A stretch of DNA of 59,809 bases from a virus. Taxonomy: Duplodnaviria; Caudoviricetes. The notes under the pieces are model-generated. The model saw nothing but the letters and a program-made list of their open reading frames with translations. It made no database searches and was not told the origin of the DNA. Each line of letters begins with the position of its first letter. Position 1 is the first letter of the stretch. The stretch covers positions 1-59,809 of IMG/VR virus record IMGVR_UViG_3300020261_000002. The stretch is one strand, 5' to 3'. This document shows positions 49,052 to 58,377 of this stretch, piece after piece. A program made the position numbers and the translations under genes.

Positions 49052-49846
49052 ATGATCACTGAAGCAGCAAGCCAGGACTTCTTAATCTCCTGTATTAGTG
49101 GGGCAAGTAAGCCTCAGATTAAAAGACATATGAAAGTATATTATGACTGTGAAGAAGAAGAGATTGAAGAATTAATGAAGATACATAAGTTTAAAAAGAA
49201 ACCTAGATTTATAAATTATAAAAAATTTTATGACCTGAAGATACCTGAAACAGCAGAAAAACTTAAATATCCTTTTACCCAGATATATTTACAAAAAAAT
49301 TTTTTAAGTAAAGAAGAATGTAGAGAAGCCATTGAATATATGGATACTGAATTACATCCATCAGCAGTATCAAATGAAGATGATTATGTAATGTTATCTG
49401 AATATAGAACATCCATGACCTGTAATTTCAGTCCTCACCTGACAAAACTGGGAGCTGATCTGACTATAAAGATAGGTAACTATATGAATTTAGATCCTTT
49501 CTTAGGAGAATCTATACAGGGTCAGAAGTATGAAGAAGGTGAATTCTATAAAAGTCATTGGGATTATTATCATCCTCTATCTGCTGAATATAAAACTTAC
49601 TGTGAATGGATGGGTCAAAGGACATGGACATTCATGATTTATCTTAATGATGTAGAGGAAGGAGGGGAAACATATTTTAAATTTTTAGATTTAAAAATTA
49701 AACCTGAACCTGGACTGGCTATCTTCTGGAACAATCTATATAGCTTTGGTTGGCCAAATTTCAAGACTATGCATGAAGCCTTACCTCCTACTAAAGGTAA
49801 AAAGTATATTCTCACTAAATGGTATAGAGCTTGGTCTCTTATTTAA
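49052..49846 (+). CDS. 2OG-Fe(II) oxygenase, prolyl-4-hydroxylase-like
   Basis: RTS, HWD, YLNDVEEGGETYF, HEALP, KY.LTKW. Confidence 0.92.
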   Translation: MITEAASQDFLISCISGASKPQIKRHMKVYYDCEEEEIEELMKIHKFKKKPRFINYKKFYDLKIPETAEKLKYPFTQIYLQKNFLSKEECREAIEYMDTELHPSAVSNEDDYVMLSEYRTSMTCNFSPHLTKLGADLTIKIGNYMNLDPFLGESIQGQKYEEGEFYKSHWDYYHPLSAEYKTYCEWMGQRTWTFMIYLNDVEEGGETYFKFLDLKIKPEPGLAIFWNNLYSFGWPNFKTMHEALPPTKGKKYILTKWYRAWSLI

Positions 49847-50103
49847 ATATCACAGACAGCTGTATCATCTTCAACAGAACATGGAGCAGTATCTATGGGT
49901 TCTTCTTTATTAGACTTTATCATTTCTTCAGCAAAATCAGGTCTGTACTCATCTTTTGGTAAATAAACCTCTACATATGATCCACATTTAGGACAAGAAA
50001 GATTACTAACTATAGAAATTTCATCATTACAATAGTCTTCTCCACTAAAATCTGCTCCCCAAATTAGTTGAACATCTGGTCCACAGTGCCAACAGTTCAT
50101 CAT
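49843..50103 (-). CDS. Zn-ribbon protein
   Basis: CWHC...CPKC. Confidence 0.7.
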   Translation of the reverse strand: MMNCWHCGPDVQLIWGADFSGEDYCNDEISIVSNLSCPKCGSYVEVYLPKDEYRPDFAEEMIKSNKEEPIDTAPCSVEDDTAVCDI

Positions 50104-50104
50104 T

Positions 50105-50350
50105 TCATGCGACCTCCTGTAATTCCTCTAAAACTGTAGATTTATTTATAGCTGCTATATCTTTAAGTCCATAAGCATCAAACCAAGGAGCATCAGCCCA
50201 GTCAAATCCTTCACCAAATGTATTATCTGGAGCAGCAACATACCAATGACAAGCAGCATCAGGCACATCTACAGCACACTTAGACCAATCATCACTCCAC
50301 TGTGGGACTTGTACCCAAAGCACAACTGCTAACAAAAGGTTAACTAGCAT
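50105..50350 (-). CDS. small exported Trp-rich protein
   Basis: N-terminal hydrophobic segment, two Cys. Confidence 0.65.
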   Translation of the reverse strand: MLVNLLLAVVLWVQVPQWSDDWSKCAVDVPDAACHWYVAAPDNTFGEGFDWADAPWFDAYGLKDIAAINKSTVLEELQEVA

Positions 50351-50537
50351 CTTTTTCTCTCACTGTATGTAACTTAGATATAACATGTATAGGTCTTCTA
50401 TATGTCTCTACTGTGGCTCCACATCTAGGACATTTTAAATATGTAACCATGTCATAAATATCTCTATACTCGTCATCATTATCAAGACGATTATCACCTT
50501 TGTGTATTAATTCTGTACCGCAGTAATAACAATTCAT
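50340..50537 (-). CDS. Zn-ribbon protein, paralogue of 49843..50103
   Basis: CYYC...CPRC. Confidence 0.7.
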   Translation of the reverse strand: MNCYYCGTELIHKGDNRLDNDDEYRDIYDMVTYLKCPRCGATVETYRRPIHVISKLHTVREKDAS

Positions 50538-50571
50538 GACACTAAACTATCGTGAAATTTGTTTTTGGCAA

Positions 50572-50853
50572 CTACCAGTTGTAATTACATGCCCACCAAC
50601 CAGGTGTTAATTTATCTTTCTTCTCTGAGCATTTGTGACGAGCTTTAAAACTTGCTCTACGTTTTGGATCTTTATGTTGTAAGAAGTCCTGCATACCTCT
50701 GTAACCAAACCTTACTATCTTCTGTTCACCATCATCACAGGCTTTAACTATATATTTCTGTTTAGCACCTTTAGGAGCCCTCTGGGGCTTATTACACTTC
50801 ATCTTATCTTTTCTCATCTGGGCTTTACTTTTAGCCTCTTTACGACTTGCCAT
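50572..50853 (-). CDS. basic conserved viral protein (VRFG...RRASFKARH family)
   Basis: Motif recognition. Confidence 0.7.
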   Translation of the reverse strand: MASRKEAKSKAQMRKDKMKCNKPQRAPKGAKQKYIVKACDDGEQKIVRFGYRGMQDFLQHKDPKRRASFKARHKCSEKKDKLTPGWWACNYNW

Positions 50854-51005
50854 TACATATAATTAGCTACTCTTTCTGCAGAATTAATTTCTCTTCCTAC
50901 AGAACCTTTAAGAGCCCTATCCCCAGCTTTAAGACCTCTTTCATCTTGAAGTTTTCTAATATTGATAGCATATCCATCTAAAAATTCTTTAGGATCTTTA
51001 TTCAT
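50853..51005 (-). CDS. 50 aa protein (FLxxY motif)
   Basis: Own translation MNKDPKEFLDGYAIN...; TAATG coupled on both sides. Confidence 0.65.
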   Translation of the reverse strand: MNKDPKEFLDGYAINIRKLQDERGLKAGDRALKGSVGREINSAERVANYM

Positions 51006-51175
51006 TACACCTCTCCTATTTCTTTATTTTGAAGTTTTTTCGCAAAATTACTTAAGAAAGAACCAGCCTCTACAGGTACTCCCATTCTTCTAATCGCAAT
51101 ATCATCATCTGGATCATACTTAGCTTCTAACGCTGCTCCTCTATCATTAGCTGTTCTTGTTCTAAAATCTTCCAT
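51005..51175 (-). CDS. 56 aa protein (FLxxF motif)
   Basis: Own translation MEDFRTR...EAGSFLSNFAKK... Confidence 0.65.
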   Translation of the reverse strand: MEDFRTRTANDRGAALEAKYDPDDDIAIRRMGVPVEAGSFLSNFAKKLQNKEIGEV

Positions 51176-51178
51176 TAA

Positions 51179-51541
51179 TTATTCAGGTGTTAAACTCAAC
51201 AATACAAAGTGTTGATCTGTCCATTCTTTTATTTTACTTGCCTTTGCTTCTGAATAACACGGATGAGACTCATTAAAGTAATCAAATACCAACTGTGAGC
51301 CTTTTTTAGAATTACATTTACTACAGCAAGCACCCATGTTACTTCTAGTTGAATGACCACCTTTAAACTTTGGTTTTATATGATCAATGGTTGCAGTCTG
51401 TTCGGTAAGCTCGGTATCGCAGTACATACATTTCCATCCCCACGATTCAAAAATACTCTCTCTAAATTTTTTTCTCGCACTCTTTGGACTGGTAACAATA
51501 AGATTTTGTAATAGTTCATTTTCCGTATGGAACATGGGCAC
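51179..51541 (-). CDS. HNH endonuclease (McrA/HNH_5-like)
   Basis: CMYC, DHIKP, CCSKCNSKKG. Confidence 0.88.
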   Translation of the reverse strand: MPMFHTENELLQNLIVTSPKSARKKFRESIFESWGWKCMYCDTELTEQTATIDHIKPKFKGGHSTRSNMGACCSKCNSKKGSQLVFDYFNESHPCYSEAKASKIKEWTDQHFVLLSLTPE

Positions 51542-51586
51542 TCATGCTTCATTAGGTCAACCGTAATGTGCATACATTTTCCTTAT

Positions 51587-52014
51587 CTAGTTATTACTGG
51601 ATTCTCTAGGATGCTTAATTTTTTCTTCAACATCCTCTAACAATCGAAGAGTGTAATAATGAAATCTATCTGTCACCCAACGGAGATCTTCTTCCTTTAT
51701 ATCTTTGTAGATTGACTCAAGAAGTAATTCACGAGAAGGGCATTTAAGAAACTGAGACACTAATGCCAGAGCTTTAAAACGTCCTTTTGTGAATTCATCA
51801 GTCATCAGCTACTCCCTATAATCTCCTCAACAGTTTCTTTCTCTTGCTCTGCAAGTTTAGTCTTAATGATGTTAATAAGCTCAAGAGCACCTTCTACTTT
51901 CAAGAAACCTTCCTTTGTACGTATCAAAGCTTCCTCACTATTTTTGATATTTGTACCAAGTTCCATCCTCTGATCAACTAATTGTTTTTCTAATTCTGTA
52001 ATTAAAGTTTCCAT
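51587..52014 (-). other. two small hypothetical CDSs (51587..51805 and coiled-coil 51805..52014)
   Basis: Coupled ORFs. Confidence 0.6.
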
Positions 52015-52043
52015 AATTAAAAGTCATTAACTAATTACTAACA

Positions 52044-52421
52044 CTATTTGTCACTAGTAACAATCTTTATAGGTGCCTGTTCGATTCTTATAGTCTGAGT
52101 AGGTACAGCAGATGGTAGTTTTTCTTTATCTTTTCCATCTTTCTTTTTCTTACCTACATCCACCGAAAAAGTTGCCAAACATCCCGTAAAAACGCTGGCT
52201 ATGAAAGTGATGTCCTTGGGTCCACCATCTTTTGCTAATCCTGGAAAAGTAATATAATTTAAAGAAATTATAAATCCGGCCCAGACCATCACACCCAAGC
52301 GTATAAAGGTCCCCAGAATTTCTAGTTGCTCTTCTTTATCATCAATACTTTCTTTAAGTCTACTGAATGGACCTTTCTTTTTAGGATCTTCTCCTTCTTT
52401 GTGATCTTTTGTACAAGACAT
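52044..52421 (-). CDS. two-TM membrane protein, holin candidate
   Basis: Two hydrophobic helices, TFIASVFTG motif, basic tail. Confidence 0.55.
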   Translation of the reverse strand: MSCTKDHKEGEDPKKKGPFSRLKESIDDKEEQLEILGTFIRLGVMVWAGFIISLNYITFPGLAKDGGPKDITFIASVFTGCLATFSVDVGKKKKDGKDKEKLPSAVPTQTIRIEQAPIKIVTSDK

Positions 52422-52522
52422 ATCTAAATTTGTATATAAAAATAGTCTACAAGCATCAATTTTTGATATGTAATTCTTGTTTATATAGATGATAGACTTA
52501 TGAATATTTATACTTAGACATC

Positions 52523-53017
52523 ATGTGGAAGATAATACCTTTTCTTCTATTGTTTGCAGCCCCAGTAAAGGCAGATATCACTCATAAATTAACTAGTAGT
52601 GTTCAGCTTCAGGTCAATGCTGCTGCAACAAATGTAGAAAGAATAGGAAGCTCTTATAGTGTTTCCGGTAATAATGTAACAACTCAATATACACCTGACG
52701 GTGGATCAGCTACTAACTCTGTTGGTGCTATGACTATTACATCAGGAGTAGGTTCAATACCAACCTTATCTGCTGTTCAGGCAACTGCAGGAGAATCCTT
52801 CAGCTTCACTCAAAGTTTTACTCAAGGAGACGCAATAGTAAGTAGTGCTCCAACAGTAGGTGCTGTAAGTCCATTATCCAGTCAAACCTCAACTTCAGCA
52901 GGCACTGCAGGTTCACTAGCAGGTACAATCGATTCAAGTTCAACAATTACACTAACAGGTGGAGGGGCAGGCACAGTAGCCACAGGACAGTTTGTAAGTG
53001 AGATCAGTATCAAATGA
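52523..53017 (+). CDS. secreted Ser/Thr/Gly-rich protein of a conserved cyanophage cassette
   Basis: Signal peptide with VKA-D cleavage site; beta-rich. Confidence 0.75.
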   Translation: MWKIIPFLLLFAAPVKADITHKLTSSVQLQVNAAATNVERIGSSYSVSGNNVTTQYTPDGGSATNSVGAMTITSGVGSIPTLSAVQATAGESFSFTQSFTQGDAIVSSAPTVGAVSPLSSQTSTSAGTAGSLAGTIDSSSTITLTGGGAGTVATGQFVSEISIK

Positions 53018-53029
53018 AGTTAAAGGATC

Positions 53030-53500
53030 ATGCTTTTGCAATTAAAGAAAGTGAAGAAAATAAAGATCCTGAAAAGTGTGATACCTGTGGTCGTATTAAG
53101 CTCATTGAATGCATCTGTAGAAGCCGTACCAGTAGTTCCCAACTTTCAGAGTGGTAGTCTTACCAGTCACACTGAGACATCTAGTACAGTAACAGAGACC
53201 ATAAATGTGATTGAATACCAAACAGGCTGGCAATATACAGTTACAGGTAATAATATAAGCACAGATAGTAACAGCTTGGTACCTCCAACTACGAGTACAA
53301 CCCAAGCAGTAAATGGAATTAATTCTACGTGGACAAGCCTAGATGCTACAAATATGCCGAACTTCTCTGTAACAGATTCAAGCAAACCCTGGCAACTGAC
53401 AACAACACTCAGTCAACCAGGATTAAAATCTCAGACCATAATCCAGAGGACTACCGAGGTAACCTCAGTCACAGACACGGTTTCCACGTTCAGTCAGTAA
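53030..53500 (+). CDS. secreted Thr-rich protein (VPVVPNF...FSQ)
   Basis: Signal-like segment ending VEA-VP; start uncertain. Confidence 0.7.
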   Translation: MLLQLKKVKKIKILKSVIPVVVLSSLNASVEAVPVVPNFQSGSLTSHTETSSTVTETINVIEYQTGWQYTVTGNNISTDSNSLVPPTTSTTQAVNGINSTWTSLDATNMPNFSVTDSSKPWQLTTTLSQPGLKSQTIIQRTTEVTSVTDTVSTFSQ

Positions 53501-54141
53501 AGTATTTACTAGTTGCATTAAATATATTCAATGCTCCTATCTATGCCAATGAGGTAGGTGGTGTCAGTGCTACTGCCAACCCAGTGGCAAACTCCAGTGG
53601 GTCGGTGACCAATCAGGCAATACAGGTTTTACAAGGTCCATATATAACTAACACTTATGGCAATGGAGTTCAGTGTCAGGGATCTACCTTGAACATTACA
53701 CCCTTTGTAACTCTGAGTGATTCATGGAAAGAACCATATCAAAGTGAATGGCTCGATCCAGTGTATGACAACAGTGATACCAACAATGATGGTGTGTTAG
53801 ACAATCCAGGATCTATACTCTATTACAAACCTACCAGGACAGGTCAGAAGTCCAATCATAATGTTGGATGGGGTATCTCAGCTACACTATCCATACCACT
53901 TGATAAACGTCATAATGAAGGCTGCCTGAAGGCTGCTGACATACAGAATCAATATCATGCCCAGCTGGTTGCTAATAAAAGATTAGACTTTGAAATTTCA
54001 AGATTGAAGCATTGTGCGGAGCAAAAAAGATTGGGAGTGACCTTCCATCCTAAGAGTCCTGCCTATCAAATCTGTGCAGATATCGTAGTCACAAATCCTC
54101 ATGGTGTTATTCCTAATCATCAACATGAGATTCCAAAATAA
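53497..54141 (+). CDS. secreted protein (SATANPVANSSGSVTNQA family), start codon unclear
   Basis: Signal-like KYLLVALNIFNAPIYA-NE begins at in-frame GTA 53497. Confidence 0.65.
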   Translation, partial: VKYLLVALNIFNAPIYANEVGGVSATANPVANSSGSVTNQAIQVLQGPYITNTYGNGVQCQGSTLNITPFVTLSDSWKEPYQSEWLDPVYDNSDTNNDGVLDNPGSILYYKPTRTGQKSNHNVGWGISATLSIPLDKRHNEGCLKAADIQNQYHAQLVANKRLDFEISRLKHCAEQKRLGVTFHPKSPAYQICADIVVTNPHGVIPNHQHEIPK

Positions 54142-54144
54142 ATT

Positions 54145-54882
54145 TTATTTTTTCTTTAAAGGTGGTAGTCCTTTTTTCTCACGATATTGATTAGTTTTTA
54201 TTTCTGCACGAGAAGGTTTACCTATCTTTTTACCTAGTAAACCTTTAATTTTCTTAGTAGCTTGCTTTAATAAAGGCTTTATTAACCTTAATAATAGGGG
54301 TGTAGAAGCTGCAGCAGCTGTTGCTACCACTGCGATTGCAGCTGTTGTACTTACTTGAGGTATAGTTGGTAATAATTTTTCGACAGGTGAGGTCAATTCA
54401 TAGTTTGTTATGCAGGTTTGACCATCTTCTGAGAGCGTATGAGATACAACCTTTTCCCTGGATTCAGCATTCCGCATATCCCCTACCCTCTGGTCTGTAG
54501 GTCCAGGGCAGGGTACATCTTCTTTCGATGGAGTATCTGGTATATCTAAATTAGGTTGAGGTGTTTCTAATTCTGGAGGTGGAGCTACAGGAGGGACTGA
54601 CTGTTCCTGTACATAAACCAGATTCTCTGGTTCATAATCTATAGGTTCAAACCAAGGTACAGAACCATCACACATAACACGAGATCCTCGTTCATCTTGA
54701 TTGACAAGTTCTATAGAATTTTTATTTGCAGGATTATATTTAACACAACCTGGAACATCTATTATTGGAGATCCAATAGATAAGGTTACTGGTGGAGTCT
54801 GAGGTATTGAAAAATTTATATTAGGCAGAGGAATTGCATTAACTCCTATGTAATTTATTCCGATACTCTGTATCTCAGACAC
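54145..54882 (-). CDS. Pro-rich membrane-anchored protein of the same cassette
   Basis: Paired Cys, TAAIAVVATAAA TM segment, basic tail. Confidence 0.7.
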   Translation of the reverse strand: MSEIQSIGINYIGVNAIPLPNINFSIPQTPPVTLSIGSPIIDVPGCVKYNPANKNSIELVNQDERGSRVMCDGSVPWFEPIDYEPENLVYVQEQSVPPVAPPPELETPQPNLDIPDTPSKEDVPCPGPTDQRVGDMRNAESREKVVSHTLSEDGQTCITNYELTSPVEKLLPTIPQVSTTAAIAVVATAAAASTPLLLRLIKPLLKQATKKIKGLLGKKIGKPSRAEIKTNQYREKKGLPPLKKK

Positions 54883-55433
54883 TAACAGTCTTGGAAGTCT
54901 CTAGCCATCTGACCACCTATTTCTGCACCTTGTTTCTGCCCAAACATATTAAAGAATCCAGCTACCAACCATCCAACATAAGGTATCTCTGTAAGAGCTG
55001 GAGTTATAGGAGCAGTGATACTGGCTGCTGCAAGCTTCCCTGTAGCCTCTCCAGAGCCTTCTGCTTTGATACATGCAATCTGCTTGGCAGTTAGTTCAGA
55101 GCTCTCTGAGACGCTTCCAGAGCTTACTCCTGCTACTGACTGTTCATATGTCTTTATTTCTGACTTACCTAAACCAAGAAAACCTGCTGGTCTATCAACA
55201 TGTTTTTCAGTTTCAATTATTTTTGGTGAATGAGATTTATATCTGATGGTATATCCTTTCTCTGTAACACTTGCTATGTAACTTGTATAAGGTCCTACAG
55301 GTAAATTTATTAAAGGTAAACTACTTTTTCTATTGACTGTTGACTGTATCAAAGCAAGGTGAGACAGACCAAATAATATTCCTAAAGAACCTACAAGTAT
55401 TTTTCTCGATCTAGATGGTCTCTGGCTGTACAT
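54882..55433 (-). CDS. membrane protein with glycine-zipper-like C-terminus
   Basis: ACIKAEGSGE...IPYVGWL...G..G pattern. Confidence 0.7.
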   Translation of the reverse strand: MYSQRPSRSRKILVGSLGILFGLSHLALIQSTVNRKSSLPLINLPVGPYTSYIASVTEKGYTIRYKSHSPKIIETEKHVDRPAGFLGLGKSEIKTYEQSVAGVSSGSVSESSELTAKQIACIKAEGSGEATGKLAAASITAPITPALTEIPYVGWLVAGFFNMFGQKQGAEIGGQMARDFQDC

Positions 55434-55484
55434 TTCTCATGTTATATATACTTATTCTACTCTTATTTTTATAAACTAACCAGC

Positions 55485-56087
55485 CTAAGCTGAAAACTCA
55501 ATTACTTGTACCATAGATGGACTTCTAAATCCATATACATAATCATAAGAGTTTACTGTTCTATTTATACCAATAGTTGTGGTGTTATTATCTTGGCAAA
55601 ATACCTTAAATCCATAAGTGATCTGACTCGTCCCACCAGCAGTATCAAGATATGTTGCATTGACAGTATGTAATTGATTATCTGATTGAATCAATGTAGA
55701 AGCTGTGGTTCTTTCTCTACTACCAGCAGCATCACCTGTGGCACCATTAAGTGCTGACCCATCTTTTTGAATAATTATGGCACAAGTACCATTATCTGAA
55801 AGATTTGCAGTTACCATTATCAATATTTTACTTGATGCTGAGGCAGGTGTAATATTTACAGGACAGTAAATTGTACTTGAAGGAACACCAGATGAAAGAC
55901 TCTCAGTAGCTGTATCAGTTTTTACTGTCTGTTGTATTTGAAGAACTTTACCTCCTCCAAAACCTGTAGCTGTTCCTGAGCATGTAGCATTTGCAGGAAA
56001 GGTAACATTCCCTGAAGCATCTAAAGTTATTGCATCAGCTGATGCTCCAGTATGTCTGACACTGTTAACAACTAACCTACTAGACAT
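55485..56087 (-). CDS. short tail fibre/tip protein
   Basis: GKVLQ..TVKTD...YLD...TY domain. Confidence 0.75.
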   Translation of the reverse strand: MSSRLVVNSVRHTGASADAITLDASGNVTFPANATCSGTATGFGGGKVLQIQQTVKTDTATESLSSGVPSSTIYCPVNITPASASSKILIMVTANLSDNGTCAIIIQKDGSALNGATGDAAGSRERTTASTLIQSDNQLHTVNATYLDTAGGTSQITYGFKVFCQDNNTTTIGINRTVNSYDYVYGFRSPSMVQVIEFSA

Positions 56088-56097
56088 TGCTTATCTC

Positions 56098-56421
56098 CTA
56101 TGGTTTTGGATTTGCGTCTTTAACAGCCTTAACGTGTGTTGCCCAAGTACCAGTTGTATCAAACTTACCTGCTACTAAGTCTTTATAGATCATGTCGAGC
56201 TGGTTACCATAAGAGTCATACGTTGTGGAACCATTAGTTGTTCTGTCTGTTTGATACTTAATAGCAGCAGCCTCAGCGTTTAATGTAGTTCTAGCAGCAT
56301 CTATTTTTGTTTGATCAAGCGTGACAGAATTACCATCTTTGTCAAAAGCTCCTGTTCCATCATCAACGGAAACTACCGTTCCTGGGTATGCCTTATAAAT
56401 TGCTTCGTGGTCTAATGCCAT
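56098..56421 (-). CDS. tail-fibre chaperone-like protein
   Basis: QLDM.Y.D...W...VKAVKDANPKP. Confidence 0.7.
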   Translation of the reverse strand: MALDHEAIYKAYPGTVVSVDDGTGAFDKDGNSVTLDQTKIDAARTTLNAEAAAIKYQTDRTTNGSTTYDSYGNQLDMIYKDLVAGKFDTTGTWATHVKAVKDANPKP

Positions 56422-56477
56422 ATCAAAAAATACCTTATTTATTTATTTATTTTAGAGGAACTAAACATATCAATTAT

Positions 56478-57071
56478 TTATGCTGCTACCTCCATAGCTG
56501 TTATTGTCGAAACACAGTTTGACATGTAAGTGTAATTATCTTGCGTTGGAGAAGTATTGATACCAATGATGTAACTAGAAGCATACGGAGTATGTGCTTG
56601 TAATTTATAAGTTGTTGCAGACGTTGTGTTTGGAGAATCTAAAAGCTCTTGAGCTACACACCTTGCATCTACATAAGATGACATGTAACCACCAAAAGAA
56701 CCTCTAGACTGACTTGTGGCACTTGGGTTTTGATCTCCAATAAAAATTGTGCTATCACTACCTCTTAATAAACGCATGTTCCAATATTGATTATTTGTAA
56801 AAGCAATAACAGAATATTTAATTAGAACTTTATTAGAAGCTGAACTAGGTGTAATAGTCACACTCATGCCTGCAATATCAACTAAACTTGTCGATTGTAT
56901 GGTTGTTTTATCTTTCTTAACTGTTTGTACAACTTGCAGAATTTTACCACCATTTAAAGTAAGATTTCCTGTATCAGGTAAAGTTAATACTCTTGTATTT
57001 CCACTAGAAGAAGGAGCCTTAATTTCAAAAGTACCTCCTCCAGAATCAGCTGTTAATTTTATAGAACTCAT
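56478..57071 (-). CDS. short tail fibre/tip protein
   Basis: GKILQVVQT...LDSPNTTSATTYK. Confidence 0.78.
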   Translation of the reverse strand: MSSIKLTADSGGGTFEIKAPSSSGNTRVLTLPDTGNLTLNGGKILQVVQTVKKDKTTIQSTSLVDIAGMSVTITPSSASNKVLIKYSVIAFTNNQYWNMRLLRGSDSTIFIGDQNPSATSQSRGSFGGYMSSYVDARCVAQELLDSPNTTSATTYKLQAHTPYASSYIIGINTSPTQDNYTYMSNCVSTITAMEVAA

Positions 57072-57619
57072 GCTGCTATCTCCATTACTGTTATTGTGCT
57101 TATAAATCTTGAAGTAATAGCAGCGTCACCATCAGCTTCATTACCTCTGTTTACATAAAGAGTTTTTGGATTCTCTGCTCTTGCTCGAACTTTATATGTT
57201 ACTTGAGAGGTTGTTGATGGAGAATCTAAAAAATTAAGACTGTGTCCCATAGTAGCGTCACCATTGTTAAAACCTTGAGTTCCCAAAGTTGCACGAGTAC
57301 GATTGCTTGCAGCATCAGCAATACATATGTCTGTCTCACTACCACCAATAACACGGGCTAAGTTAAAAGTATAACCATAAGCTTCACCATCACTACCACC
57401 AAAAGTAACTAATCCAGTTACTAAAACTTTATTTGAACTAGAACTAGGTGTAATATTTACAGAAAAACCTGTAACGTCAGTAAAACTAGTTGAAGTAGTG
57501 GAAAAAGTATCTGTTTTTGTTGTAGAAACAACTTGAAGAGTAGACCCTGCTGCCATAGCAGAATCAGGTAATTGAGATAGTCCTGTAACTGCTCCTGATC
57601 CGTTTAATGTAATAGGCAT
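57068..57619 (-). CDS. short tail fibre/tip protein
   Basis: LQVVSTTKTD...LDSPSTTSQVTYK. Confidence 0.78.
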   Translation of the reverse strand: MPITLNGSGAVTGLSQLPDSAMAAGSTLQVVSTTKTDTFSTTSTSFTDVTGFSVNITPSSSSNKVLVTGLVTFGGSDGEAYGYTFNLARVIGGSETDICIADAASNRTRATLGTQGFNNGDATMGHSLNFLDSPSTTSQVTYKVRARAENPKTLYVNRGNEADGDAAITSRFISTITVMEIAA

Positions 57620-57622
57620 AAA

Positions 57623-58318
57623 TTAAACCACCGTATATACTGAACCGCTAGGTATAGTCAGCGTGACACCTGCGTTAATTGTAATTGGTCCTGCACTTAG
57701 AGCATTGCAAGTAGCTCCAAATTCAGTACCTAATGTGTAGTTAGTTGTCATGGTTGTTCCATTCTCCATAAACAGCTTGTCAGAGCCTCCTCCGACAGCT
57801 CCACCTCCTGACTGATCAACGAATGAGAGTACACCTCCACCATCTGTGGAAAGCACCTGTCCATTCGACCCCTGACTTGTTGGGAAGGTAGCAACTTTGG
57901 TTCCGTTAGAAGCAATAGAAACTAGTCCATTACCACTTTTAAATATTCCTGTATCAGTATCTGAACTAAATGTTATAGAAGGAACTGCAACAGTTCCATC
58001 TGGAAATGTTCCACCAGCATTTAAATAATCTGCACCTGCAAGAATCACTCCAAAGAATGATTCTCCAGAAGCTGGAGCAGAACTAAAAACTATATTTGTA
58101 CCTGTAAATTTAAATCCAGTTGTACCTGTAGTATCAGGTTCCTGGACTACACCACCGACAGATATTATGCATTGTGATTCAAACTTTGGAAAAGGAACTG
58201 GGGCAGAACCTCCGACCTGTAAAGCAAAAGAAGTGGTACTACCATTAAAACTACTTGATATATCATCTATAGTTTTGTAATCTTCATTTGCCCTTATGTC
58301 ATTTCCAATATATGGCAT
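57623..58318 (-). CDS. tail fibre base/adaptor protein
   Basis: DDISSSFNGSTT domain as in 39053; PSITF..D.DTG; GQVLSTDG; SAGPITI. Confidence 0.78.
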   Translation of the reverse strand: MPYIGNDIRANEDYKTIDDISSSFNGSTTSFALQVGGSAPVPFPKFESQCIISVGGVVQEPDTTGTTGFKFTGTNIVFSSAPASGESFFGVILAGADYLNAGGTFPDGTVAVPSITFSSDTDTGIFKSGNGLVSIASNGTKVATFPTSQGSNGQVLSTDGGGVLSFVDQSGGGAVGGGSDKLFMENGTTMTTNYTLGTEFGATCNALSAGPITINAGVTLTIPSGSVYTVV

Positions 58319-58377
58319 GACTGTTTAACTACTATATTCTTTTTCTGTTCTTATTTTACAGGGAGTAATCTTCTGGA

